A DNA stretch of 64,000 nucleotides, from contig DATFWY010000037.1 of NCBI GenBank assembly GCA_035258805.1, forward strand, positions 350 to 64,349, read 5' to 3'. The translations under genes were made by a program, and so were the position numbers. The notes under the pieces were generated by a model that was not told where the DNA came from, did not search any database, and worked only from the letters and a program-made list of their open reading frames with translations. Shown here piece after piece: positions 9,351 to 18,723 of the stretch (positions are counted from its first letter, which is position 1; every line of letters begins with the position of its first letter). The DNA is from Blastocatellia bacterium (GTDB lineage: Bacteria > Acidobacteriota > Blastocatellia > UBA7656).

Positions 9351-11792
9351 ATGACAGAGACAGAGAATAAAACATTAGAGCTCCCGATTCTTCCGTTGAG
9401 GAATACAGTTATTTTTCCTTCGGGTATCACTCCGCTGACAGTGGGACGTCCACTGTCTCTCGCGGCGGCGGAAGCTGCTCTGACAACCGAGGAAAAACTG
9501 CTGGGTGTGGTTGCACAGCGCGAGGATAACGAGGCTGAGCCGACGCCAGAAAACCTGTACAAAGTCGGGACGGTTGTAGTCATAAATCGAATGATGCGCT
9601 CGCCCGGCGCTGAAGAAGTTTTGCATCTGATCGTGCAGGGACAGGAGCGCTATCGGATCATCGGCTTCACCGAACAGACACCCTATTTGAAGGCTCGGAT
9701 TGAAATTCTGCCGGAACCGACGCGCGAGAAAACCCCTGAAGTCGAGGCGCTCCAACGTAATATACAGGTACTGGTTCAAAAGGCGCTCAGTCTTTTGCCG
9801 AATGTCCCCCCGGAAATCAGGAACATCATTGTGCAGGCCGACGACGCGGTCCGGCTGGCGTATTTCCTCGGTTCTGTGCTCGATCTAACTACACCACAGG
9901 AGCAGGCTCTGCTGGAAGCCGACACAGAGAGCGAGATTCTTCACCTGATGCATACCTATTTGACTCGGGAAGTTGAAGTGCTCGAGATCAGAAGCAAGAT
10001 TGCAAACCAGGCTCAGGAAGAACTGGGCAAGGCGCAGCGAGATTACATCTTGCGCGAACAGATGAAGCAGATTCAGAAGGAGCTCGGCGAGGGTGAATCG
10101 GATCAGGCGGAGGCCCAGCTTTTACGCGAGAGAATCGAGAAGGCAGACTTACCTGATGAAGTTCGAGCTGACGCAGAACGCGAACTGAAGAGGCTCGAAC
10201 GGCTGCCAGCCGCGGCACCCGACTATCACGTTATCAGAACCTATCTTGATTGGATCCTTGATCTGCCCTGGAAGAAGTCCACCGAAGAGGCTCTGGATCT
10301 AAATAAGGCCCAGGCGGTTCTCGACGAAGATCATTACGATCTGGAGGAAATCAAGCAGCGTATCCTCGAGCACCTGGCGGTAATAAAGCTTAACCCGAAG
10401 ACGAAGGCTCCAATTCTTTGCTTTGTAGGCCCACCCGGCGTCGGCAAGACGAGCCTCGGGCAATCCATTGCCCGCGCAATGGACAGGAAGTTTGAACGTA
10501 TGTCGCTTGGCGGGATGCGTGATGAGGCGGAGCTTCGCGGGCACCGTCGCACGTACATTGGCGCGATGCCCGGCCGAATCATTCAGGCGCTTCGTCGAGC
10601 AGGCGTTAACAATCCGGTGATGATGCTGGATGAGGTGGATAAGTTAGGAATGGATTTCCGGGGCGATCCGGCTTCCGCGCTGCTGGAGGTTCTCGATCCC
10701 GCTCAGAACTTCTCGTTCAGGGATCACTACCTGGATTTGCCGTTTGACCTCTCGAAGGTGTTTTTTATTGCAACCGCAAATACGCTTTCGCCGATACCTC
10801 CGGCGTTGCGGGACAGGATGGAGATCATTCGGCTTTCGGGATACACCGAAGAAGAAAAACTTCATATCGCAAAACGGTATCTTATTCCCCGTCAGATCAA
10901 GGAATCAGGGTTGACCGAAGAGCAGGTACATTTCACTGACGAAGCGATTCAGGCAATCATCAGCCGTTACACTCGGGAGGCCGGCGTGCGCCAGCTTGAG
11001 CGAAGCCTTGGAAGCGTCGCTCGCAAAATTGCGCTAAAGGTGGCTAAAGCAGAAGGAGATGTCTTCACGATAACGGCCGAGGAGCTGGAAGATTATCTAG
11101 GTCATGAAATGTTCTTCCACGAGATGGCTCGTCAACAGCTGCCGCCAGGAGTTGCGACCGGTCTGGCAGTGACTGATATGGGCGGCGAGGTTTTATTCGT
11201 GGAGGCAACTCTCCTGCCTGGCTCGAAAGGGCTCACTTTGACTGGTCAGCTTGGCGACGTGATGCAGGAGTCGGCGAAGGCCGCTCTCAGCTATTTATGG
11301 TCGCATACCGGCGAGCTTGGCTTTGATTGTGCAGAGAAGTTCGAAAACAGCGCAGTGCACATTCACGTACCTGCTGGAGCCACACCCAAAGATGGGCCGT
11401 CGGCTGGTGTCGCCATTGTGACGGCGCTTGCATCGTTGTGTTCGGGCAGACCGGTCCGCAGTGACACAGCAATGACCGGAGAAATCACCTTGAGCGGTCT
11501 CGTGCTTCCTGTTGGTGGGATTAAGGGAAAGGTGCTCGCGGCCCGGAGATCGGGAATGAAGCGAGTAGTCTTACCTAAGAAAAACGAACCGGACTTAAAG
11601 GATATCCCGGAGGAGGCGTTGCAAGACCTCGAAATACGGCTGGTGGAGCGTATCGATGAGCTTCTCCCTCAGACGCTGACGCCCGCGGGGGATGGACAGG
11701 AGGAGATGCCGATTCCGGAGCGAGAGTCAGTGACTGCCGGTAACGAGGTGCGCGTTGAAAGCGGCCAGGCTCGAGGGGAATTGAGCCATTGA
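9351..11792 (+). CDS. lon: ATP-dependent protease Lon
   Basis: 813 aa. LON N-domain, AAA+ Walker A GPPGVGKTSLGQSIA, proteolytic domain with catalytic Ser motif KDGPSAGVAIVTAL. Confidence 0.97.
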   Translation: MTETENKTLELPILPLRNTVIFPSGITPLTVGRPLSLAAAEAALTTEEKLLGVVAQREDNEAEPTPENLYKVGTVVVINRMMRSPGAEEVLHLIVQGQERYRIIGFTEQTPYLKARIEILPEPTREKTPEVEALQRNIQVLVQKALSLLPNVPPEIRNIIVQADDAVRLAYFLGSVLDLTTPQEQALLEADTESEILHLMHTYLTREVEVLEIRSKIANQAQEELGKAQRDYILREQMKQIQKELGEGESDQAEAQLLRERIEKADLPDEVRADAERELKRLERLPAAAPDYHVIRTYLDWILDLPWKKSTEEALDLNKAQAVLDEDHYDLEEIKQRILEHLAVIKLNPKTKAPILCFVGPPGVGKTSLGQSIARAMDRKFERMSLGGMRDEAELRGHRRTYIGAMPGRIIQALRRAGVNNPVMMLDEVDKLGMDFRGDPASALLEVLDPAQNFSFRDHYLDLPFDLSKVFFIATANTLSPIPPALRDRMEIIRLSGYTEEEKLHIAKRYLIPRQIKESGLTEEQVHFTDEAIQAIISRYTREAGVRQLERSLGSVARKIALKVAKAEGDVFTITAEELEDYLGHEMFFHEMARQQLPPGVATGLAVTDMGGEVLFVEATLLPGSKGLTLTGQLGDVMQESAKAALSYLWSHTGELGFDCAEKFENSAVHIHVPAGATPKDGPSAGVAIVTALASLCSGRPVRSDTAMTGEITLSGLVLPVGGIKGKVLAARRSGMKRVVLPKKNEPDLKDIPEEALQDLEIRLVERIDELLPQTLTPAGDGQEEMPIPERESVTAGNEVRVESGQARGELSH

Positions 11793-11968
11793 ATTATTGA
11801 GTCATTGAATCATTGAATCATTGAGTCATTGAATCATTGAATCATTGAATCATTGAGTCATTGAACAATTGAATCATTTCGTCATTGTCCCAGTAGATGC
11901 TTAAAGAGGCTCAATGATTCAATGACTCAATGATTCAATGACTCAATGATTCAATGACTCAATTCACT
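11786..11968. repeat. ~180-bp stem-loop made of tandem 8-mer units (TCATTGAR x~10 / inverted YTCAATGA x~7) filling the whole lon->next-gene spacer
   Basis: ccattgaattattgagtcattgaatcattgaatcattgagtcattgaatc... loop tcccagtagatgcttaaagaggct ...caatgattcaatgactcaatgattcaatgactcaatgattcaatgactcaa. The lon stop codon TGA (11790-11792) lies inside the first unit. The next ATG (11970) follows immediately. Confidence 0.85.
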
Positions 11969-11969
11969 T

Positions 11970-13352
11970 ATGTACACTGAGCTGTTCGAGACTATCTATC
12001 CAATTAACACCCCACGGAAAGAAAAAGGGGTACTAGTCACAGCGGTTGACCCTTTTGCCCTCGGCGAACAGCTGGGAATCGAGGCTGGTGACCGCATCAT
12101 GAAGGTCAATCACCGGAACCTCCATGACTTCCTCGATTTTCAGTTTTACACCGGAAGTGAAGACCGAGTGCTCCTGGACGTAATCAAGAAATCAGGCAAC
12201 CCGATTGCCCTTGAAGTTGAGATTGGTGAAGGAGAGATTTGGGGACTCGATTTTGAGTACTTTTCACCGCGCCAGTGTGCCAACGATTGTATATTCTGTT
12301 TTTGCAACCAGAACCCGAAAGGTTCCAGAGAGTCGCTGTTCTTCAAAGATGAAGATACCCGGTTGTCATTCCTTCATGGTAACTACACAACGATGTCGTC
12401 AATCTCCAAGATGGAGCTCGACCGCATAGTTGAGCAGCGACTATCACCGCAATACGTCTCCGTTCACGCGACCGATCCCGAAGTGCGAAGAAATCTCCTT
12501 GGCCGCAAGCGCCCCGATGACGTGCTTGGCAAGATGCGGTATCTTGCCGAAAAAGGGATCGAGCTTCATGCGCAGATCGTCCTTTGTCCAACGATCAATG
12601 ACGGTGAGGTGCTGAGACGAACAATTGATGATTTGGCGCAGCTTCATCCTGCGCTTAGCTCGGTTGCAATTGTACCGGTCGTGTTCACCAAGCTTCATAA
12701 CTATCGAGACAGGCTTACCGCCGTTACGAATGAGTTCTGCGAAACATTGGTCAAAAACCTTAAGCCTCTGCAGAGAGAATTCAGACGACGTCTCGGAACT
12801 ACTTTTGTTTTTCTCGCCGACGAATTTTACCTTCGAGCTGGCTTACCATTACCGGGCCGCGCACACTACGGCGATTATCCTCAGATTGAAGACGGAGTTG
12901 GAATGGTGCGCCGATTTGTTCTCGAATCAAGAAAAACTTTGAAGCGGGATGTAATTTCACAGTTCGGTCTGAAACGGGGATCGCTGTATGGAACGGTAGC
13001 AACCGGAGAATTATTTTATCCAATTCTGTCTGGCCAGGTCACCGAACTGAACGAGAGATTCGGCACAAAGTTACGGACGATTGCTGTTCGCAATCAATTT
13101 TTTGGTCCGGAAGTTACTGTCGCGGGCCTGATATCCGGCGCGGACTTACTGGCGTCGCAAAGTTTGATCGAGGGGAGCTTCCTGGTGGTACCTGAGCAGG
13201 CTTGCCTGAAGTCGGGGAACGTATTTCTCGATGACCTGACTGTCGAGAAACTGGAAGCTGACCTCGGAATACCGGTTTCGCATGGAGGCCCCACCCTTGG
13301 AAGCTTGATTCGCCAGGCGAAGGAACTCGAGGCTCGGAGTGAGGTAGCGTAG
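11970..13352 (+). CDS. PDZ domain / radical SAM / DUF512-type protein
   Basis: 460 aa. N-terminal PDZ-like segment (LGEQLGIEAGDRIMKVNHRNL). Radical-SAM cysteine triad CANDCIFCFC (CxxxCxxC). Long C-terminal domain consistent with the PDZ-rSAM-DUF512 architecture. Confidence 0.65.
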   Translation: MYTELFETIYPINTPRKEKGVLVTAVDPFALGEQLGIEAGDRIMKVNHRNLHDFLDFQFYTGSEDRVLLDVIKKSGNPIALEVEIGEGEIWGLDFEYFSPRQCANDCIFCFCNQNPKGSRESLFFKDEDTRLSFLHGNYTTMSSISKMELDRIVEQRLSPQYVSVHATDPEVRRNLLGRKRPDDVLGKMRYLAEKGIELHAQIVLCPTINDGEVLRRTIDDLAQLHPALSSVAIVPVVFTKLHNYRDRLTAVTNEFCETLVKNLKPLQREFRRRLGTTFVFLADEFYLRAGLPLPGRAHYGDYPQIEDGVGMVRRFVLESRKTLKRDVISQFGLKRGSLYGTVATGELFYPILSGQVTELNERFGTKLRTIAVRNQFFGPEVTVAGLISGADLLASQSLIEGSFLVVPEQACLKSGNVFLDDLTVEKLEADLGIPVSHGGPTLGSLIRQAKELEARSEVA

Positions 13353-13755
13353 AGTGTCCCGTCTGCAATGAATCGATTGACCTACATTCCAATTATTCCA
13401 ACTGGGCTATGACTGACCCGCCGGTCGACTTAAAAAACCTCAAACGGTTTCAAAGCCCGCCTGGCCCGAAAATTTTTTCTATTGCTCCGCCGTCCAGAAT
13501 TCAATTTCCAATTTTTCGTAAATACTTCCAGAATCTCGGAAGATTCAGAGGGGTTTGAAGGTGTGTAATTTCAACTAAGAGCTTCGTCGACTAGGATTTG
13601 ACTTGATGACCCATTCGCGGTATTGCGATTGCTTATTCTACAGCTGCACATCCTTAGAATCTCTACCATTCTGTTCTGAACTTGGGGAGAGGTCGCCGCT
13701 CGGGCACAGTGGCGACCTCCAATTTTTTTTGGGGTCAATTCGGTCTCTTAAATCT

Positions 13756-13782
13756 ATAGGACCTAGAGGACCAATTGGACCT
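13756..13782. repeat. Three 9-bp-periodic copies of WWGGACCWR (reverse complement of the TAGGTCCTA motif seen at 28.5, 32.3 and 35.6 kb)
   Basis: tataggacct agaggacca attggacct, in the 490-bp convergent intergenic region. Confidence 0.5.
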
Positions 13783-13806
13783 GTTTGCTCCCAAACTCAG
13801 AAGACC

Positions 13807-13868
13807 GGTTGAGGATTGCGCTTTGGGTTTGAGGACTGGTTCAGGATTGCGCTTTAGGTTTGAGGTGG
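13807..13868. repeat. Tandem 31-bp direct repeat (GGTTSAGGATTGCGCTTTRGGTTTGAGG x2) overlapping the 3' end of the S9 peptidase gene
   Basis: Copy 2 encodes the C-terminal residues (...NHLKPKAQS*). Copy 1 is a near-identical duplicate just downstream of the stop. Confidence 0.6.
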
Positions 13869-15913
13869 TTATCAAACCAATCTAGAACCGTGTTATACCA
13901 AAGCTCCGAGTTTTGGGGTTTCAGAATCCAATGCCCCTCGTCTGGGTAGACCAACAGCTTTGACTCGACGCCTTGTCGCTGCAACGCTGTAAATAACTGC
14001 AAGCCCTCTCCTACCGGAACTCTATAATCAAGCTCACCGTGAATTACCAGCAAAGGCGTCTTGAACTCCTTTACAAACATATGCGGCGACCACCGCGCAT
14101 ACATTTCAGGGTTGGTCCACGGAGTTCCTTTAAACTCCAATTCCGGAAACCATAGCTCCTCAGTTGCGCCATACATGCTGGTCAGATTGTAGACCCCGGC
14201 GTGCGACACCAGCGCGCTGAATTTCACCCTCGGGTCGGTGTTATGACCCTCAATCCAGTTGACCATGTAGCCGCCATAACTGCCGCCCGCCGCTCCAATG
14301 TGTTCTCGATCTACGAAGGGCATTGCTGCAACATAGGCAACGCCGTTCATTAGGTCTGTGTAAACCTTTCCTCCCCAGTCACCGGAAATCTCGTCAACAA
14401 ATTTCTGACCATATCCCGTCGAGCCGCGTGGATTAGGTGCGAATACTACATAACCGGCGGCGGCAAACAGCTGCGGATTCCACCGATAGCTCCAGGAATC
14501 ACTCCAGGCTCCCTGCGGTCCGCCATGAATAAGTACAATTAGTGGCCATTTCTTGGCTGCGGTAAAATTCCAAGGTTTCGTCAAGAATCCCGAGACCCGG
14601 GCGCCACCCGCACCTTCCCACGAAATTTCCTCCGCCGGCTTGAGATTGAAGTCGGAGATAAACGCAGCGTTGATTTTTGTGAGCTGAGTAATTGAAGCCC
14701 CGATCGAATTTGCTTTGTAAATGTCGACCGGACGCGCCAGCGTCTGCCTTGTAAAGACCAGCGTATTTCCATCGGCACTCAACTGGACATCGTCGTTAAA
14801 TCCGTCATTGATCAGTTTTTTACCCGGCCCGCCCCCGATCGAGATCTCATAAATCGCCTGGCGACCCTGATCCTGCGCGGTCAAATAAATCCGTTGGCTA
14901 TCGGGCGAAAATGTGAAGCCCTCGACGGACGAGTCGAACTGCTCGGTCAATGAGTGACTTTGACCAGTCTTGCGATCATAGAGCATTAATTGCCATCGAT
15001 CCGCTTCGAAGCCTGCTCGGACTTGCGCACGATAACCGATGTAGCGACCATCAGGGGAATAAACGGGCGTCAGGTCATTCGCAGGATTGTCGCCGGTCAG
15101 CCTCCTGGAATCTCCTCCTGAAACTGACACGACAAAGATGTCGCCGTTTGTTGATCTTGCCTCATCCTTGTCGGTATTACGCGCATAAGCGAGCTCTTTC
15201 GAATCAGGCGAGAATGCATAGTCGACTTGTCCGCCAAGATTGAACGGCGGCGCATCATAGTTTCCGGGAGTCAGATCGCGAGCCTCGCCCCCTTCAGAAG
15301 AAACAACAAAGATGTGCGACCGTTTGCCGTCTTTCCAGGTGTTCCAATGCCGATACAATAGCTGATTTGCGATCTTTGCTTTTACTTTAGACGTCGCTAA
15401 TTTTTCAGCCTCTTTCTTGTTGCATTCATCGTTGTTACATTCAGGGTAAATCTCCGAAGTGAATGCGATCCATTTGCCATCCGGAGACCAAACTGGCGAG
15501 TCCGCTCCGGTTGAGATGCTGCTGACCTTTTTTAGAACGCCCGCTTCGCTATTCGAGAAATCCATCGTCCAAATTTGAGATTCGCCGCCACGCGCTGACA
15601 CAAAGGCCAATCGTCTTCCATCGGGCGACCACCTGGGCGAATGAGAAGAATCCTTTTCTGCAGTCAAAGCACGCGGTTCACCGCCATCTATTGAGATAAC
15701 GTATATCTGAGTTATCCGTCGGTTGGCCGTCTTATCAGTGTCGGCGATAGTGAAAGCTATCCAGCGACCATTGGGTGAGAGCTGCGGATCGGCTACTCGC
15801 CGAACCTTAAGCAGATCATCGATGGAAAACGCCCTTGCCTGCTGGGTTTCCTTGGCCGGCGCCAAACTTAGACAAAACATCAGAATGGCGATTAGGGCAA
15901 TGACGCGTCTCAT
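13841..15913 (-). CDS. Secreted prolyl oligopeptidase family (S9) peptidase with N-terminal TolB-like beta-propeller
   Basis: 690 aa. Signal peptide. WD40/TolB-like repeats (SPDGRWIAF, SPDGRRLAFVS, SPDGKWIAFTS). C-terminal alpha/beta hydrolase with GGSYGGYM nucleophile elbow and a downstream Asp/His. Confidence 0.85.
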   Translation of the reverse strand: MRRVIALIAILMFCLSLAPAKETQQARAFSIDDLLKVRRVADPQLSPNGRWIAFTIADTDKTANRRITQIYVISIDGGEPRALTAEKDSSHSPRWSPDGRRLAFVSARGGESQIWTMDFSNSEAGVLKKVSSISTGADSPVWSPDGKWIAFTSEIYPECNNDECNKKEAEKLATSKVKAKIANQLLYRHWNTWKDGKRSHIFVVSSEGGEARDLTPGNYDAPPFNLGGQVDYAFSPDSKELAYARNTDKDEARSTNGDIFVVSVSGGDSRRLTGDNPANDLTPVYSPDGRYIGYRAQVRAGFEADRWQLMLYDRKTGQSHSLTEQFDSSVEGFTFSPDSQRIYLTAQDQGRQAIYEISIGGGPGKKLINDGFNDDVQLSADGNTLVFTRQTLARPVDIYKANSIGASITQLTKINAAFISDFNLKPAEEISWEGAGGARVSGFLTKPWNFTAAKKWPLIVLIHGGPQGAWSDSWSYRWNPQLFAAAGYVVFAPNPRGSTGYGQKFVDEISGDWGGKVYTDLMNGVAYVAAMPFVDREHIGAAGGSYGGYMVNWIEGHNTDPRVKFSALVSHAGVYNLTSMYGATEELWFPELEFKGTPWTNPEMYARWSPHMFVKEFKTPLLVIHGELDYRVPVGEGLQLFTALQRQGVESKLLVYPDEGHWILKPQNSELWYNTVLDWFDNHLKPKAQS

Positions 15914-16249
15914 TTAGACCTATCCTCCGGAGTTGCGTTTGATGATTACTCGATCTTGCTCAGTAGCAAACGTGATCTTTGTACAGTTGTAAAACAAGGT
16001 GAATAAATAACCTTATAAGCTACAGAACGCACACACTGAAGTCAATGCATGGTCGAACTCCACTCCGATCGAAAATAGGGATGTTTCGCGATCAGAAAAC
16101 GTTGGGCGTATCAGAGAAGATTGATCCTAAGAAATCGAAAATACCACACCGGCAGGCAGAGACTGTGCGAAAAGTCCAAAATACCACCCACGGCACAGTG
16201 GGCGGTATTCATCAGTCTTCGGGATGCTAAAGCCGACATTTAAAAGGCT

Positions 16250-18448
16250 CTACTCAACCACCGAAAAATCAATTAGGTGCCTGGCCCGATCCACTCTATT
16301 AACCATCACCCGCAGGCGGTCACCCAGGCGATACTCGCGACGTGTCCGTTTACCAACCAACCGGTGCTTTCGCTCCTGGTATTCGTATTCATCCCCGGCG
16401 AGAGTCGAGATATGAACCAAGCCTTCCACGAACACCTCTGCGAGCTCTACGTAAAACCCATATTCCTTCACTCCAGTAATAATTCCATCAAACTCATCAC
16501 CGACGCGATCGGCCATGAACTCTGCCTTCCGCCAATCCATTAACTCGCGTTCGGCATCTGCTGCAGCCCGCTCACGTTCGCTTGAATGGTCGCCGATCAA
16601 CTCCAGCGCGGATCGGAGTTCAACCTCTCGTTCTTCAGTCAGCAGTGAACGCGATATCCGCTTAAGCGAGTGCCTGGCCCCAGGATCCATATTGTGCAAA
16701 TCGTCTCGCTTTCTTCCCTGCTCGATCACTTCACGCAGAATACGATGAACAATCAGATCGGGATAGCGACGAATTGGAGAAGTAAAGTGTGTGTAAGTCT
16801 TCATCGCCAGGCCAAAGTGTCCTTCATTGTGCGGCGTATAACGAGCGCGTTGCATAGATCTCAACATCAGATACGAGAGCATCTGTTCTTCTGGACTCCC
16901 GCGAATTTCGCGTGCAAGCCGCTGAAATCCACGCTGCGGAACGGGGCCGTGCATTGAAAATTTATGCCCAAACGACGCTGCGATCTCCGCGAATTCCTCC
17001 ACCTTCATCGGATTGGGCTCCTCGTGTATGCGATAGAGAAGCGGCACGAATAACTTGTCGAGGTGGCTTGCAACTGTTTCATTCGCGAGGAGCATGAATT
17101 CCTCAATAAGGCGATGAGCGATATTCCTTTCCGACCGAGCGATCCCGCCGATCTGACCTTCATCGTTGAACCATAGTTCAGCTTCGGGCAAATCAAAATC
17201 TATGGCGCCTCGTTCCTCTCTCTTTTTGATCAGAACTGTCGTAAGCTCGTGCATTTTGAGGAGCATGTCTTTGACGTGAGAGTAGGCTAGCGCAGTTTCG
17301 CCGTCGGGGTTCGCAATTATCTCGTGTACCGCGGTATACGTCATACGCTCGCGGCTATGTATCACCGAGGGAGTGAGCCGATAATCGATTATTCGTCCAC
17401 TATGGCTGAGGTTGATAATCGCAGACGTCGTCAACCGGTCGACTCTTGGCTTGAGTGAACAAATGTCATTTGAAAGGCGCTCGGGCAACATCGGGATCGC
17501 ACGCTCCGGAAAGTAAACCGAAGTTCCGCGTCTAAAGGCTTCTTCATCGAGATGCATACCCTGGCGCACATAAAAGCTCACATCCGCGATATGTACCCCA
17601 AGTCGAAGCCGTCCGTTCGGCAGCGCTTCGAGCGATACGGCATCATCAAAATCACGGGCGGTCTCGCCGTCAATCGTAATAGTCAGGCTGTTACGCAGAT
17701 CCTCACGGCCTTTTAGCTGATTCTCGGAGATTTCATTGGGGATGGATTCGGCTTCGCTCAATGCCGCATCAGAGAAAGTATGGGGTAAGCGATGCTTTCT
17801 AATAATTATTTCAACATCGATACCAGGGTCTTCCGGCCGTCCGAGGATCTCGATGATCTTTCCCGAAGGAGGACGGCCGGCAACTGGTGGGGTAGTGATC
17901 TCCACATTGACTGCGTCACCATCTTTGGCTTGAAGCGAGCCCGATCGCGGTATGACGATGTTGTACAGGAATCTCTCGTCTATCGGTGATACAAAGCTTT
18001 CCGATTTGAGTTTTACAAAGGTTCCAACGACCGTCTCATTGACATGATGCAGCACCGCTTCGATGCGGCCTTCACGACCCCTCTCGCGGATACCGGTCAC
18101 CCGAGCTATTACTATGTCGCCATTCAATCCTGGCCCCATTGCTCGAGCACTTATGAACAAATCTCCCCGTTCTCGTTCTTTAGGATCATCCGGAACTACA
18201 AAGGCGTGTCCGGAGCGCGTACCTCGTAAAGTGCCGATGAGCAATCCGAAAACGTGGCGGCGCCAATATCGCCCGCCCTTGGATGAAACGAGTCCAACAC
18301 GTACGAATTCTTTTAAGAAACTCAACAGTTGAGAGGACTGGGATTCAGATAGTTTGAGAGCTTCGATGAGATTATCGGCAGTGACACTCCGCTCGCGTGA
18401 TTTGGGGAGCGATTGCAGCACGCGTTGTGGCGATAGATCGGTGGTCAC
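16250..18448 (-). CDS. rnr: Ribonuclease R
   Basis: 732 aa. N-terminal winged-helix/cold-shock region, RNB catalytic domain (IDGETARDFDDAVS...HIADVSFYV), C-terminal S1 domain and basic tail. Confidence 0.92.
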   Translation of the reverse strand: MTTDLSPQRVLQSLPKSRERSVTADNLIEALKLSESQSSQLLSFLKEFVRVGLVSSKGGRYWRRHVFGLLIGTLRGTRSGHAFVVPDDPKERERGDLFISARAMGPGLNGDIVIARVTGIRERGREGRIEAVLHHVNETVVGTFVKLKSESFVSPIDERFLYNIVIPRSGSLQAKDGDAVNVEITTPPVAGRPPSGKIIEILGRPEDPGIDVEIIIRKHRLPHTFSDAALSEAESIPNEISENQLKGREDLRNSLTITIDGETARDFDDAVSLEALPNGRLRLGVHIADVSFYVRQGMHLDEEAFRRGTSVYFPERAIPMLPERLSNDICSLKPRVDRLTTSAIINLSHSGRIIDYRLTPSVIHSRERMTYTAVHEIIANPDGETALAYSHVKDMLLKMHELTTVLIKKREERGAIDFDLPEAELWFNDEGQIGGIARSERNIAHRLIEEFMLLANETVASHLDKLFVPLLYRIHEEPNPMKVEEFAEIAASFGHKFSMHGPVPQRGFQRLAREIRGSPEEQMLSYLMLRSMQRARYTPHNEGHFGLAMKTYTHFTSPIRRYPDLIVHRILREVIEQGRKRDDLHNMDPGARHSLKRISRSLLTEEREVELRSALELIGDHSSERERAAADAERELMDWRKAEFMADRVGDEFDGIITGVKEYGFYVELAEVFVEGLVHISTLAGDEYEYQERKHRLVGKRTRREYRLGDRLRVMVNRVDRARHLIDFSVVE

Positions 18449-18524
18449 GATTCTTAGTTTGACACTAATTAAGACCGCTGGTTAGTATATTTTCGCTTCG
18501 ATTGAATCACAAATAGCCAGACAT

Positions 18525-18610
18525 GCGGATGTGGCGGAATGGCAGACGCGCAGCGCTCAGGACGCTGTGGGAGCAATCCTGTGGAGGTTCAAGTCCTCTC
18601 ATCCGCACCA
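18525..18610 (+). tRNA. tRNA-Leu (anticodon CAG), CCA encoded
   Basis: GCGGATGTGGCGGAATGG...CAGCG CTCAGGA CGCTG...long variable arm...GGTTCAAGTCCTCTCATCCGCACCA. 7/7 acceptor stem, anticodon loop CT-CAG-GA, type-II long variable arm, T-loop GTTCAAGTC. Confidence 0.9.
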
Positions 18611-18649
18611 TTCTCAACGAACACTCTCAACCAGCCATCACGTTAATCA

Positions 18650-18680
18650 ACGCCTTTGGTCTCAATGCTTTGGTATAATG
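18650..18680 (+). promoter_or_regulatory. Putative promoter with extended -10 (TGGTATAAT) upstream of the histidine kinase gene
   Basis: tgctttGGTATAATgttc; TATAAT at 18674-18679, about 45 bp before the ATG at 18724. Confidence 0.35.
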
Positions 18681-18723
18681 TTCAGACTCATTACTGGATG
18701 AGTTCTGCGAAGACTGGTCCTTT

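Noticed and set aside
11786-11968. Possible CRISPR array (regular short repeats)
   Set aside because: The units are 7-8 bp and contiguous with no spacers, and the second half is the inverted complement of the first. The same applies to 25893-26130. These are microsatellite-type palindromes, not CRISPR.
13603-13812. 69-aa ORF in the long convergent spacer
   Set aside because: No RBS, Cys/Ser-rich low-complexity translation, and it overlaps the motif array. If anything is expressed there, a non-coding RNA is more plausible.
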